This document shows positions 55,331 through 64,000 of a stretch of DNA of 64,000 nt, piece after piece. Below the pieces are notes generated by a model that saw only the letters and a program-made list of their open reading frames with translations, did not search any database and was not told the DNA's origin. The stretch covers positions 336 through 64,335 of the forward strand of contig VMGD01000003.1 in the NCBI GenBank assembly GCA_007376405.1, in the 5' to 3' direction. A program made the position numbers and the translations under genes. Source of the stretch: Microgenomates group bacterium Gr01-1014_7. GTDB taxonomy: Bacteria; Patescibacteriota; Microgenomatia; Daviesbacterales; UBA10151. Positions within the stretch are counted from its first letter, which is position 1. Each line of letters starts with the position of its first letter.

Positions 55331-55951
55331 ATGAAGATATTCAAGGATAGACAATCTGCAGGTCAGTTACTCGCTAAACGTCTTAAAAACATCCATGCTG
55401 ATCTGGTTTTGGGGATTCCTAGAGGTGGGGTGGTGGTGGCTGCCGAGGTAGCAAAGATTCTTAAGCTACCTCTGGACATTATTGTTACCCGTAAAATAGG
55501 CGCTCCAATGCAGCCGGAATTGGCACTTGGTGCAGTTGATCCGGACGGGGAATGTATCTGGGAAGGGAATTTACTAAAAGATTTAAGATTAAAGATTAAT
55601 GATTTAGGAGAAATAATTCAGAATGAATGGAAAGAGTTAAAGAGGAGAGAAGATTTGTATAGAGGGGAAAAACCGCCGCTTAAGCCCGAAGGAAAAATTG
55701 TCATTCTGGTTGATGATGGGATTGCTACAGGTGCAACAACTCTTGCTGCCATAAATTTTCTAAAAAGACATAAGGCTAAAGAGATTATTCTCGCTGTGCC
55801 TGTTGCCAGCAAAGAATCAGCTGAAAGATTAACTGAGCAGATAGATGAAGCAATGATCCTGGAAACTCCGGATTATTTCCAGGCCGTGGGCCAGTTTTAT
55901 CAAAGTTTCTTACCTGTTTCTGATGAAGAGGTGGTACAATTTCTTTCATGA
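55331..55951 (+). CDS. Type I phosphoribosyltransferase domain protein
   Basis: VILVDDGIATGATTLAA PRPP-binding motif. Confidence 0.55.
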   Translation: MKIFKDRQSAGQLLAKRLKNIHADLVLGIPRGGVVVAAEVAKILKLPLDIIVTRKIGAPMQPELALGAVDPDGECIWEGNLLKDLRLKINDLGEIIQNEWKELKRREDLYRGEKPPLKPEGKIVILVDDGIATGATTLAAINFLKRHKAKEIILAVPVASKESAERLTEQIDEAMILETPDYFQAVGQFYQSFLPVSDEEVVQFLS

Positions 55952-56721
55952 TTGATTCGGAGTTTTTAAAAGTGGCCAAACAAGCTGCCATTGAGGCAGG
56001 AAAAATAGTTAAAAAATATTACCAGTCTGAACTCACTCTTTATAATAAAGGCCATTTTACTAATTTTGCTACGGAAGCAGACCTGCAAACGGAAAAAAAG
56101 ATTATTGAAATTATTAAAAGGAATTTTCCTACGCATAATATTATTGCTGAAGAAAGTGGAGGGGTAAAGAGTAAGTCAGAATATACTTGGGTTATTGATC
56201 CTATTGATGGTACGATAGCTTTTGTGGATGGTATTCCTACTTTTGGGATCTCCATAGGGTTATTAAAAAATAATGAGCCATTCCTCGGGGTTATTAGTCT
56301 GGTGGCAACAAGTCAGTTGTATTGGGCGGAAGCCGGCACGGGAGCTTTTTTAAACGGTAAAAGAATAAGTACAAGAAAAATATCTAATTTAGAAAATTGC
56401 ACTATTGCTTTCGGTTATGGACATAAAGACGGGTTGGCAATACTGGACAGCTTTTTCCGACCATTAATGGGAAGGGTTAGACAAATTTATCTTTTTGGTT
56501 CAGCAGTTTCAAGCATGTGTTATATTGCTAGGGGAATGATAGATAGCTATATTATTAGTGGTCATGTTTGGGATGTAGCTGCAGGAGCAATAATTGTGAA
56601 AGAGGCAGGAGGAAAGGTAACAGATCTCGGGGGTAATAAGCCTGATTGGACAAAGGATAGAATGGGATTAGTATTGTCAAACGGCTTAATTCATGATCAA
56701 ATACTGGAGGTACTAAAGTGA
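55948..56721 (+). CDS. Inositol monophosphatase/FBPase-family (SuhB-like) phosphatase
   Basis: WVIDPIDGT metal-binding motif. Confidence 0.7.
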   Translation: MIDSEFLKVAKQAAIEAGKIVKKYYQSELTLYNKGHFTNFATEADLQTEKKIIEIIKRNFPTHNIIAEESGGVKSKSEYTWVIDPIDGTIAFVDGIPTFGISIGLLKNNEPFLGVISLVATSQLYWAEAGTGAFLNGKRISTRKISNLENCTIAFGYGHKDGLAILDSFFRPLMGRVRQIYLFGSAVSSMCYIARGMIDSYIISGHVWDVAAGAIIVKEAGGKVTDLGGNKPDWTKDRMGLVLSNGLIHDQILEVLK

Positions 56722-57281
56722 AAATCATTGTCGGATTGGGAAATCCGGAGGATAAATATAAATCAGTCAGGCATAATTTGGGATTTATGGCGGTGGATAA
56801 ATTAGTATCGAGTATTAAGTATGAAGTATTATGGGAAGACAATAAAAAGTTTAAGTCTCAAATTGCCCGAGTTTCACCCGAACTTTTAGTAGCAAAGCCG
56901 CAGACTTATATGAATAATTCGGGAATGGCAGTGAAGTTACTGGCTGATTACTACAAAGTTTCTCCTGCAGATATTGTCATTATTTATGATGAGTTGGATT
57001 TACCTCTGGGAAAAATTAAAGTACGTTTAGGTGGAGCAGCAGCAGGGCATCATGGTGTGGAATCAATCATTGATGCACTGGGTACGGATCAATTTATCAG
57101 GGTAAGACTTGGGATTGGGAATTTAAGAACCCAAAGCTCCGAACACAAACATGCTCATGTTAATGCGGAGAAATTTGTGCTGGAACCTTTTATGCACTCT
57201 GAAAAAGCGCAAGTAAAACATATGATTAAGCAGGCAATTAAACTATTGCACAAAATTATTACAACTGGTAAACTAAATTGA
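56718..57281 (+). CDS. pth: Peptidyl-tRNA hydrolase
   Basis: MKIIVGLGNPEDKY...RHNLGF N-terminal signature. Confidence 0.85.
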   Translation: MKIIVGLGNPEDKYKSVRHNLGFMAVDKLVSSIKYEVLWEDNKKFKSQIARVSPELLVAKPQTYMNNSGMAVKLLADYYKVSPADIVIIYDELDLPLGKIKVRLGGAAAGHHGVESIIDALGTDQFIRVRLGIGNLRTQSSEHKHAHVNAEKFVLEPFMHSEKAQVKHMIKQAIKLLHKIITTGKLN

Positions 57282-58024
57282 TGAAAAATAGCTTAAATCC
57301 TCTTTATTCCACTTCCACAGCAATTCTAGCGGGAGCTTTAATAGTAGCAATTTCTGTTTTAATGCATGGAGGTATTATTAAATTAGGTAAAGGGGTAAGT
57401 GCTCCTTCTCCGGCTGCTCCTGCAGCCGGTCAACCTGTCCAGCCACAAGTTCAGGGTAAAACAGAAGCGGATATTGTTAAGGGATTAAAAACTTATGCCG
57501 GAAAGGCAGGCTTGGACCAGGGTAAATTCGATTCATGTCTGGATTCTGGTAGTAAAGCCTCTGCAGTTTCCAAAGATTTAGCCGATGGTACGGCAGCAGG
57601 TGTAAATGGCACTCCGGCATTTTTTGTTAACGGCAGGATTATTTCAGGAGCAGTGCCGTTTGAGCAGTTTAAAACCGTAATTGATGAAGAGATACAAGGG
57701 AGCGCCGCAACAACCGTTACCAGGCAAACCGTGGCAGTGGGGGATTTGCCTGTTCTTGGTAAAGAATCTGCTAAAGTAACTTTAATTGAATTTTCAGATT
57801 ATGAATGCCCGTTTTGTGAAAGGCATTTTAGCCAAACCGAACCTCAACTTAAAAAAGATTACATAGATAAAGGACTGGTTAAATTTTATTACAGGGATTT
57901 TCCTTTAACTTCTATTCATCCCGGAGCTCAAAAAGCAGCTGAAGCAGCAAGGTGCGCAAATGATCAGGGAAAATACTGGGAATATCATGATATAGTTTTT
58001 TCAAACCGCCAGGCTATTTTCTAA
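57278..58024 (+). CDS. DsbA-like thioredoxin-fold protein (membrane-anchored)
   Basis: CPFC active site; N-terminal TM segment. Confidence 0.6.
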   Translation: MMKNSLNPLYSTSTAILAGALIVAISVLMHGGIIKLGKGVSAPSPAAPAAGQPVQPQVQGKTEADIVKGLKTYAGKAGLDQGKFDSCLDSGSKASAVSKDLADGTAAGVNGTPAFFVNGRIISGAVPFEQFKTVIDEEIQGSAATTVTRQTVAVGDLPVLGKESAKVTLIEFSDYECPFCERHFSQTEPQLKKDYIDKGLVKFYYRDFPLTSIHPGAQKAAEAARCANDQGKYWEYHDIVFSNRQAIF

Positions 58025-58621
58025 ATGAGCAAAAAATGGATAATAATAAGTGTAATTACTGCTTTGTTTATAGCTTTTCTTGCTTGGCTTTTTATTGAAT
58101 CCTCAAAACCGCTGCCCGGAGAAAAAATAGCTGATTTGGGAAGGGGACATGTACCTGCTGGTACAAAAGTTGAATATAATTCAAACCCCCCAACATCAGG
58201 CAAGCATTATGAGGAATGGATTAGGGCAGGGGTATATAGCGAGCCCAAAGATGATAGAAATTTAGTTCATTCCCTGGAGCATGGGTACGTGATATTAAGT
58301 GTAAAGTGTAATCCCTCGACTGCGCTCGGGACAAGCGTTAAAAGTGAAAAGTTAGAGGAGGCGACAGCAAGCGGAGAAGCAACAGGGTCAGGAGAATTTA
58401 AGGCTGATGATGAATGCAGGAACAGATTGGAACAGCTTTCCAGAATTTATGAAAAAAAGGGTAAAAGAAAGTTGATTGTGGTTCCAAGGGAGAATTTAGA
58501 AACAGATTTTGCACTTACTGCCTGGCAGTTTCTTGATAAATTTGATCAATTTGATGCAGGTAGGATTGAAAAGTTTATTGATGCACATTTGAATCAAGGT
58601 CCGGAGAAAACAATGGAATAA
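58025..58621 (+). CDS. DUF3105-like membrane-anchored protein; carries a hairpin repeat at 58310..58337
   Basis: N-terminal TM segment; PTSGKH...HSLEHGY pattern. Confidence 0.3.
   Translation: MSKKWIIISVITALFIAFLAWLFIESSKPLPGEKIADLGRGHVPAGTKVEYNSNPPTSGKHYEEWIRAGVYSEPKDDRNLVHSLEHGYVILSVKCNPSTALGTSVKSEKLEEATASGEATGSGEFKADDECRNRLEQLSRIYEKKGKRKLIVVPRENLETDFALTAWQFLDKFDQFDAGRIEKFIDAHLNQGPEKTME
58310..58337. repeat. Hairpin repeat family B copy (AATCCCTCGACTGCGCTCGGGACAAGCG), in a different reading frame from the carB copy
   Basis: Differs from the carB copy only at the two loop positions (R/Y: tacgtt vs tgcgct); flanked by AAAGTG(T/A)AA direct repeats. Confidence 0.55.
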
Positions 58622-58622
58622 T

Positions 58623-59390
58623 ATGTCGATTTTGGGATACATATTAGTATTTACTTTAATAGGAAGTGTTATTTCCTTAATTGGAGGAATTTTACTACTT
58701 TTAAAGGAAAAATTTGCTTTAAAAATTTCCCATTATCTCTCCGCTTTTGCAGCAGGAGCTTTACTTGCCACAGCTTTTTTTGATCTTTTACCGGAAGCAG
58801 CAGAGCATATGGAAGAACTAGGAATAAGCATAAACCTTCCTTTTTGGACACTTCTTGGTATTTTAGGTTTTTTTCTGATTGAGAGATTTATTCATCACCA
58901 TCATGGTCATGGTCAAAGCAGAGAAGAAAAAAAATCAATAATACCTCTGGTAATAATAGGGGATACAATGCATAATTTTACTGATGGCGTTGCTATTGCT
59001 GCGACCTTTTTAATAAGTATCCCCTTGGGTATTGTAACCTCCCTTGCTGTGGCAGCTCATGAAATTCCCCAGGAGATTGGGGATTTTGGATTGATGCTTA
59101 ACAGGGGAGTGGAAAGAAAGAAAGTGCTTTTAATAAACTTTTATAGTGCTTTAGCTGCTATGGTAGGAGCTTTATTAACTTATATTTATAAAGACAAACT
59201 CGAAGGTCTCTTACCTGTTATTTTATCTGTCACTGCCGGATTTTTTATCTACATTGCTTTGGCAAATTTAATCCCGGAAATACATAATCGGGATAATCAA
59301 AAAGTAGCTTTCTGGGAAACAGTGATGCTATTTGTTGGTGTGATAGTAATATACTTTGCTATTTCTTCCTTGGAAGGCTTGACAAGGTAG
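58623..59390 (+). CDS. zupT: ZIP-family zinc transporter
   Basis: HNFTDGVAIA and HEIPQEIGDF motifs; His-rich loop. Confidence 0.7.
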   Translation: MSILGYILVFTLIGSVISLIGGILLLLKEKFALKISHYLSAFAAGALLATAFFDLLPEAAEHMEELGISINLPFWTLLGILGFFLIERFIHHHHGHGQSREEKKSIIPLVIIGDTMHNFTDGVAIAATFLISIPLGIVTSLAVAAHEIPQEIGDFGLMLNRGVERKKVLLINFYSALAAMVGALLTYIYKDKLEGLLPVILSVTAGFFIYIALANLIPEIHNRDNQKVAFWETVMLFVGVIVIYFAISSLEGLTR

Positions 59391-59427
59391 TTATTTTCGA
59401 TTATATTAGAAATGAAGCAATATTTTT

Positions 59428-60018
59428 ATGAAAAAAATCGAAATCATATGGCGGGAACTGCTTTTTCAGGCAACTGAAAAAGGGAATCGTCAATTTACAC
59501 AAAAAGATTTGGCACAAATTTTCGGATTTTCGACAAGTACCATTTTTCAAACCCTCAAAGTGCCCAGGCAGATGGGAGCAGTGAGGGTAACTGGCAGGAA
59601 TTTTGTGGTAGAGGATCCGGAGAAGCTCTTATATCATTGGGCAAGTGTGCGAAACCTGCAAAAAGACATTCTATTTACCACTCATGTGGATATACCGATT
59701 TTTGAGATTGAAGGCATGATGCCCCCTAATGTTACTTACGGCGGCTTTAGCGCTGCACGCAAGATTATGGGGCAGGCTGCGGCAGATTATGATACGGTAT
59801 ATGTATATGCGGAAAGTATTAGTGATTTAAAGATGAGGTTTACTTTTAAAAAGGGCAGAACCAACCTTGTTATTTTAAAAGCTGATCCCTATATAAGCCG
59901 CTATGGTCAGATTACCACTTTGACTCAAACCTTTGTTGATCTTTGGAGTCTTCCTTCCTGGCAGGCTAAAGATTTTGTGAATGAATTAAAGGAGAAAATA
60001 AATGGATTTTTATCATGA
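59428..60018 (+). CDS. Winged-HTH protein, AbiEi-like (type IV TA antitoxin / transcriptional regulator) (tentative)
   Basis: N-terminal wHTH (FTQKDLAQIFGFSTSTIFQTL); operonic with the downstream NTase. Confidence 0.35.
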   Translation: MKKIEIIWRELLFQATEKGNRQFTQKDLAQIFGFSTSTIFQTLKVPRQMGAVRVTGRNFVVEDPEKLLYHWASVRNLQKDILFTTHVDIPIFEIEGMMPPNVTYGGFSAARKIMGQAAADYDTVYVYAESISDLKMRFTFKKGRTNLVILKADPYISRYGQITTLTQTFVDLWSLPSWQAKDFVNELKEKINGFLS

Positions 60019-60610
60019 CCTGATTACTCAAGAAAGCTGGCAGGTTCTTCAAAGTCTTCGCAGCAAATTTAATTTTATCCTGATTGGTGGCTGGGCTGTT
60101 TTTTTATATACCCATGCTTTAAAGTCAAAAGATATTGATTTGGTGCTAGATTATAAAGATTTGGAAAAGGTAAAGAAAGAGTTTACTCTTACCAAAAATG
60201 ATCGTCTTAAAAAATATGAGGCGAGAAATGAAGAAATACAGATTGATATTTATGTGCCTTTTTATTCTAATCCGGGACTCCCGGCAGAGGATTTAAAACA
60301 GTTTGTGGCCAATATTGAAGGATTTTCTTCTATAGAGAAAGAGGTTTTGGCATTATTAAAACAGAAAGCTTTGATTGAAAGAGCCCACAGTTCCAAAGGC
60401 AGAAAGGATTTAATAGATTTAGTGTCCCTTTTCATGCTGGATGATTTTGACTTTGCAAAATATAGAAAGATTGCCTCTGGTTATAAACTGGCAGAATACA
60501 TGAAAAAAACACACGACCTTTTAAAGACCACGAGCAGCTTAATGGAGCTTGATTTAAACGAGCACAAAATGGCCCGGTTGAAAAAATCTATTCTGCCAAA
60601 GTTGCTATGA
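60002..60610 (+). CDS. Minimal nucleotidyltransferase-fold protein, AbiEii-like (tentative)
   Basis: LIGGWA...SKDIDLVL (Gly-Gly, then D-x-D signature of Pol-beta-type NTases); overlaps the upstream gene. Confidence 0.4.
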   Translation: MDFYHDLITQESWQVLQSLRSKFNFILIGGWAVFLYTHALKSKDIDLVLDYKDLEKVKKEFTLTKNDRLKKYEARNEEIQIDIYVPFYSNPGLPAEDLKQFVANIEGFSSIEKEVLALLKQKALIERAHSSKGRKDLIDLVSLFMLDDFDFAKYRKIASGYKLAEYMKKTHDLLKTTSSLMELDLNEHKMARLKKSILPKLL

Positions 60611-61146
60611 AAACCCAGGTAATTTTAGCTTGCGATGATAAAGGAAAGTTTTTAGAATACATCCCCAAAGAAGCGGGGCATACAGGGGATGGGAGAAAGC
60701 ATCTGGGGATTTCAGTGCTGGTATATAATCACAAAGGTCAAGTACTACTGCAAAGAAGAAAACATAAAGTATTTGATAATATTTGGGATTTAACAGGAGC
60801 TACTCATCCTCTGCATAAAAAAGACGGTACTGATGAAAGTTTGGAAGAAGCAACGCTGCGATGTCTTAAGAGAGAGTATGATATAGAAAATATCAAGCTT
60901 AAGAATCTGGGAGCCTTTAATTATTTTGCAAAAATAGATAATATTTGTGAGAATGAACATTGTTTTATGATGATTGGAGAATATAACGGTCCTGTTTCTC
61001 TGGATACGGAAGTTGGATATGAATATAAATGGGTATATAAAGAAGAGTTTTTAATTGATATCAAGAAAAATCCCAATAAATATTCAGCATGGGCAAAAGA
61101 AGGGGTATATATCTTGACAGCATCTGGATTTTTTGATAAAGTTTAA
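60607..61146 (+). CDS. idi: Nudix-fold isopentenyl-diphosphate isomerase (type 1)-like protein
   Basis: Nudix-like box (ESLEEATLRCLKREYDIE); conserved Cys/Glu positions; sits next to mevalonate-pathway genes. Confidence 0.45.
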   Translation: MKTQVILACDDKGKFLEYIPKEAGHTGDGRKHLGISVLVYNHKGQVLLQRRKHKVFDNIWDLTGATHPLHKKDGTDESLEEATLRCLKREYDIENIKLKNLGAFNYFAKIDNICENEHCFMMIGEYNGPVSLDTEVGYEYKWVYKEEFLIDIKKNPNKYSAWAKEGVYILTASGFFDKV

Positions 61147-61313
61147 CCCTCTCATGAGACTGTCCGTCGAGTCACCATCATTCATTATCCGTGGTCCATA
61201 TATCCCGGAGATTGGGGTAGAAATTGATCCTGCGCCCATAACTTATTCAAGAAGAAGAGGAAGAAGATCATTTAGGAGTACTTTGGCTTACAGGCTGGGT
61301 AAGCTGAAAAGAG

Positions 61314-62321
61314 CTAAGAAAGATGATTCTGGCTCAATCTCGTTCCTTCTCCAGGATTATTAACAATAATTTCTTTTACCTCTTTTATGCTCTTTATTTT
61401 ATTCACAACTTTTTTTACATTTTTTTGTTCACAGATTAAATGAATATCCTGGCCGGTATTGATGGTAAAGTATACCGGTATGCCTTCTGCCCTCCAATGA
61501 GATACCAGTTTCATAATCTTTAAGGTTCCGGGGGTCCAATATATGAGCGGAGGATATTGGGTAAGCATGATGGCGTGAAGCTCCAAGGCTTCTGCCTCAG
61601 CCAGCTCTCCTAAAGACTTAAAATTTTTCTCTTTAATAAGTTGTTTGACTAGCTTATCTTTCTCTTTCATATGGGAAAGACGAATGGACATGAATGGGGA
61701 AGATTTTGCTGCTTTGTGTCCTACTGATGTAGGAACTTCTTTTTTACCTTCCGATACTATTGCCACCACATCACAAATTGCCCAATGATCCGGAGGAAAA
61801 ATAGAAACTGCATAGGAGGTTTCTGATGTATCTCCATCCAGCCACTCCACAAACCCTCCCGGAATTGATCTGCAGGCAGAACCTGATCCTTGTCTGGTCA
61901 GTATAGATAGTTCTTTTTCAGATAAATCCAAACCGGCGGCTTTGGATGTAGCTAAAGTTAAGGCAGCAAAACCTGAAGCAGAAGATGAAAGCCCTGTTCC
62001 GATAGGAAAATTGTTTTTAGAAACTACTTTGGCTTTAAGGCTAATTTTAGCCATTTTTCTAACTCTATCCAGGTGTTTAATGACTCTTTGTGCTTCACCT
62101 TCTTCAACACCTCCGCCATTAATAATTACTTCATCTCTTGTATATTTAGGGGAAAATTCTACAGTAGTAGTAGTTAATAAATTTGAAAGACACATGGAAA
62201 TACTTCCATTTTCAGGAAGCCTTAAAATTTCATCCTTTTTACCCCAGCATTTGGTAAATGCAATATTAGATGGTGCCACAGCAGTTGCCTTTCGGCTGCG
62301 CTCAAGGTCAATGACTTTCAT
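61314..62321 (-). CDS. mvaD: Diphosphomevalonate decarboxylase
   Basis: NIAFTKCWGKKD (MVD signature NIAxxKYWGKRD); GHMP-family fold. Confidence 0.75.
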   Translation of the reverse strand: MKVIDLERSRKATAVAPSNIAFTKCWGKKDEILRLPENGSISMCLSNLLTTTTVEFSPKYTRDEVIINGGGVEEGEAQRVIKHLDRVRKMAKISLKAKVVSKNNFPIGTGLSSSASGFAALTLATSKAAGLDLSEKELSILTRQGSGSACRSIPGGFVEWLDGDTSETSYAVSIFPPDHWAICDVVAIVSEGKKEVPTSVGHKAAKSSPFMSIRLSHMKEKDKLVKQLIKEKNFKSLGELAEAEALELHAIMLTQYPPLIYWTPGTLKIMKLVSHWRAEGIPVYFTINTGQDIHLICEQKNVKKVVNKIKSIKEVKEIIVNNPGEGTRLSQNHLS

Positions 62322-63361
62322 TCAATTCTTACTCCTTCCGCATTGGTTTTGATATTAATTACTTGTCCACCGGCTTCGGTTATGGCTTTTTTTATAGCCT
62401 GTTTACCCTGAACGGAGTGAAGGGCAATCATGCAATCTCCAACTCCTGCTCCGGAAAGCTTTGCTCCATAAGCCCCGCCGTCCCTGGCAGCATAGATCAT
62501 CCTGCTAAGTTTTTTGCCTTCAACTCCCAATGTAGCCAGATATCCTTCATTAAAATTCATCAGTTCTCCTAAACTTTCCCAATCTTCCTTTAGTATAGCT
62601 TTTTTTGCTTGTTCTACTAATTGGCCAATTTGGTCATAAACATTACCTATAACCCATGGGTATTTTTTTGCTTTTTGAGCCACCTCGTCAATAATTCTAA
62701 CCGTATCAAACTTAATCCCACTATATCCTACTATTAATGGCAAAGTGTTAATTTTCAATGGCTGGATAACTTTACCGGGACTTACAAAGTATAAAGTTCC
62801 TCCATATATAGCTGCGGCAACATCAAATCCGGATCCTTTTCCCTGAATATCCAAAACAGTTTTGTAAGCCAGATTAAATATCTGTTTATTATCTAAATTA
62901 GCACCAGTTAACTGCGACAAAGCTTTAATTACACAAACAGTTGAGGCAGAAGAGGAGCCAAAACCAAACTCCGATGAAAATTCAGACTTTGTGACAATCT
63001 TGATTCCAAGATTGTCATTCTGAGGCGAAGCCGAAGAATCTCTCAATTTATTTGAGGGTCGCATTCGCGACAGATCCTTCGCTAATCGCTCAGGATGACG
63101 GTTCAGAAAGTTCTTCACCGTCATCTCCACAAACTTGGCTCCTTTGGGAATTTCTCCTTTACCCAAATGAGTTATTGGTTTTTGGTAATTGGTTATTTGT
63201 ACGTCAGGAGCATCAAGCTGGAAAATTTTATCATCAGTTAATTCTACAGTAGCTGTCATTCTCTGATTTACAGCCGTAACCAGGCATGGTTTGCCATAAA
63301 CCACAGCATGTTCACCCAAAAGCATTAATTTCCCCGGAGCAGAAACTGTAATCTTTTTCAT
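62318..63361 (-). CDS. mvk: Mevalonate kinase-like GHMP kinase; carries a palindromic element at 63019..63099 in frame
   Basis: GHMP ATP-binding motif (EFGFGSSSAS); operon with mvaD. Confidence 0.6.
   Translation of the reverse strand: MKKITVSAPGKLMLLGEHAVVYGKPCLVTAVNQRMTATVELTDDKIFQLDAPDVQITNYQKPITHLGKGEIPKGAKFVEMTVKNFLNRHPERLAKDLSRMRPSNKLRDSSASPQNDNLGIKIVTKSEFSSEFGFGSSSASTVCVIKALSQLTGANLDNKQIFNLAYKTVLDIQGKGSGFDVAAAIYGGTLYFVSPGKVIQPLKINTLPLIVGYSGIKFDTVRIIDEVAQKAKKYPWVIGNVYDQIGQLVEQAKKAILKEDWESLGELMNFNEGYLATLGVEGKKLSRMIYAARDGGAYGAKLSGAGVGDCMIALHSVQGKQAIKKAITEAGGQVINIKTNAEGVRIE
63019..63099. repeat. Palindromic element family A, copy 2 (81 bp), inside mvk (minus-strand gene)
   Basis: Termini TCTGAGGCGAAGCCGAAGAATC ... 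TCCTTCGCTAATCGCTCAGGATGAC; internal hairpins CTCAAtttaTTTGAG and TCGCattcGCGA. Confidence 0.6.
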
Positions 63362-63606
63362 TTATATGCTCCTTGCCTGTGGAGTATAGAGGTAATGTAT
63401 ATATTCTGATCTTGCAAATTAATATAATAGAGGATTCGATAGGGCCATGCTCTTAAAACTCTTAGCTCTGATAGTTCTCCTTCAAGCTTTTTCCCCGAAT
63501 ATGGTTCTTGTTTTACCATCAATAGCTTTTTCTTAATCTTCATGTATGCTGCCGAAGAAAGGTGTTTCAACTGCTTCTGCGCTTTAGGAGTGATTATAAC
63601 TTCCAT
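63358..63606 (-). CDS. ParE/RelE-family toxin
   Basis: 82 aa; LRVLRAWPYRILYY pattern. Confidence 0.6.
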   Translation of the reverse strand: MEVIITPKAQKQLKHLSSAAYMKIKKKLLMVKQEPYSGKKLEGELSELRVLRAWPYRILYYINLQDQNIYITSILHRQGAYK

Positions 63607-63609
63607 TAT

Positions 63610-63864
63610 TTATTTAAGTTTAGACAGGGGAATTCCTTTGCCTGCTTTGGCCTGTTTTAAACCTGTGTTTATGCTTTCTCTTGCACCAGGAATGGACAGG
63701 ATTTCCGCAGTTTCCAGTATAGATTCCAGTTCATCCTGGCTAATTAAAGTTGCAGCAGGCTGTCCATGGACCGTAATAGTTACTCTTTCCATAGTTTTAC
63801 TAACCTTATCAACCAGGCTGGGAAAATTATTTCTGGCATCTGAAATAGAAACAAAAGTACTCAT
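63610..63864 (-). CDS. Phd/YefM-family antitoxin (start trimmed to the internal Met)
   Basis: MSTFVSISDARNNFPSLVDKV...VTITVHGQPAATLIS pattern. Confidence 0.6.
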   Translation of the reverse strand: MSTFVSISDARNNFPSLVDKVSKTMERVTITVHGQPAATLISQDELESILETAEILSIPGARESINTGLKQAKAGKGIPLSKLK

Positions 63865-64000
63865 GGTGTAAAATGTACAATAGTTTGTACATTTTGTCAA
63901 GATTCAAGCCTTAAGCCTTCAGCTCCCAGTTCTACATTAAAAAACTGCAGGCTATTTTTGTTAGCAATTTCTTCAATAAATTTTCTGTTGCGGTGGTAGC

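Noticed and set aside
61147-61313. Possible ncRNA / ORF 61133-61363 between idi and mvaD
   Set aside because: No recognisable RNA family signature (no RNase P, SRP or tmRNA motifs). The Arg-rich ORF lacks support; left unannotated
1-64000. CRISPR array / cas genes
   Set aside because: No series of regularly spaced identical 25-40 bp direct repeats anywhere in the window; no Cas-like ORFs
1-64000. Stop-codon reassignment (for example UGA=Gly as in some CPR)
   Set aside because: TGA, TAA and TAG each terminate conserved genes at the expected positions (for example recF and the sucD-like gene end with TGA; ftsH, polA and carB with TAA/TAG), so translation table 11 fits. The single in-frame TAA at 7518 is treated as a local anomaly

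Overview
This is a low-GC (roughly 38-40%) bacterial chromosome segment. Housekeeping genes include ftsH, polA, recF, pth, trpS, fpg, carAB-pyrBC, anthranilate synthase trpEG, a class I aldolase with GlpX, the mevalonate-pathway genes (mvk/mvaD/idi) and an ATP-dependent DNA ligase. Together with many small ORFs this suggests a small-genome lineage such as Patescibacteria/CPR (inference only). The standard genetic code applies: TAA, TAG and TGA all terminate conserved genes. sigma70-like promoters (TTGACA, 17 bp spacer, TAnnnT) are easy to read, and several abut the ATG directly, implying leaderless mRNAs. I found no rRNA genes and no CRISPR array. The window is unusually dense in selfish or mobile features. 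(1) An integrative-element remnant (Toprim primase-helicase plus large serine recombinase) abuts a tRNA-Met(CAU) of initiator type (C1.A72) that is split by a compact self-splicing group I intron. (2) Two paralogous HTH+LAGLIDADG-like genes sit next to the two tRNA-Met(CAU) genes; one carries an in-frame TAA and reads through the tRNA without a stop. (3) A LAGLIDADG intein sits inside a PHP-domain phosphoesterase. (4) Five BrnT/BrnA toxin-antitoxin cassettes each carry their own promoter; one is inserted at the 5' end of trpS with a 30-bp duplicated trpS start. (5) Two families of short GC-rich palindromic (RPE/REP-like) elements are inserted IN FRAME inside conserved CDSs (carB, PHP protein, mevalonate kinase, recF, sucC-like, DUF3105 gene), in different reading frames in different hosts. 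(6) A duplicated two-gene module encodes a small protein plus a retropepsin-like aspartic protease. Other notable content: a SucCD-like pair near a truncated citrate-synthase-like (citryl-CoA lyase-like) gene, two minimal class III nucleotidyl cyclases, a Fic protein, an AbiE-like pair and a Phd/ParE pair.
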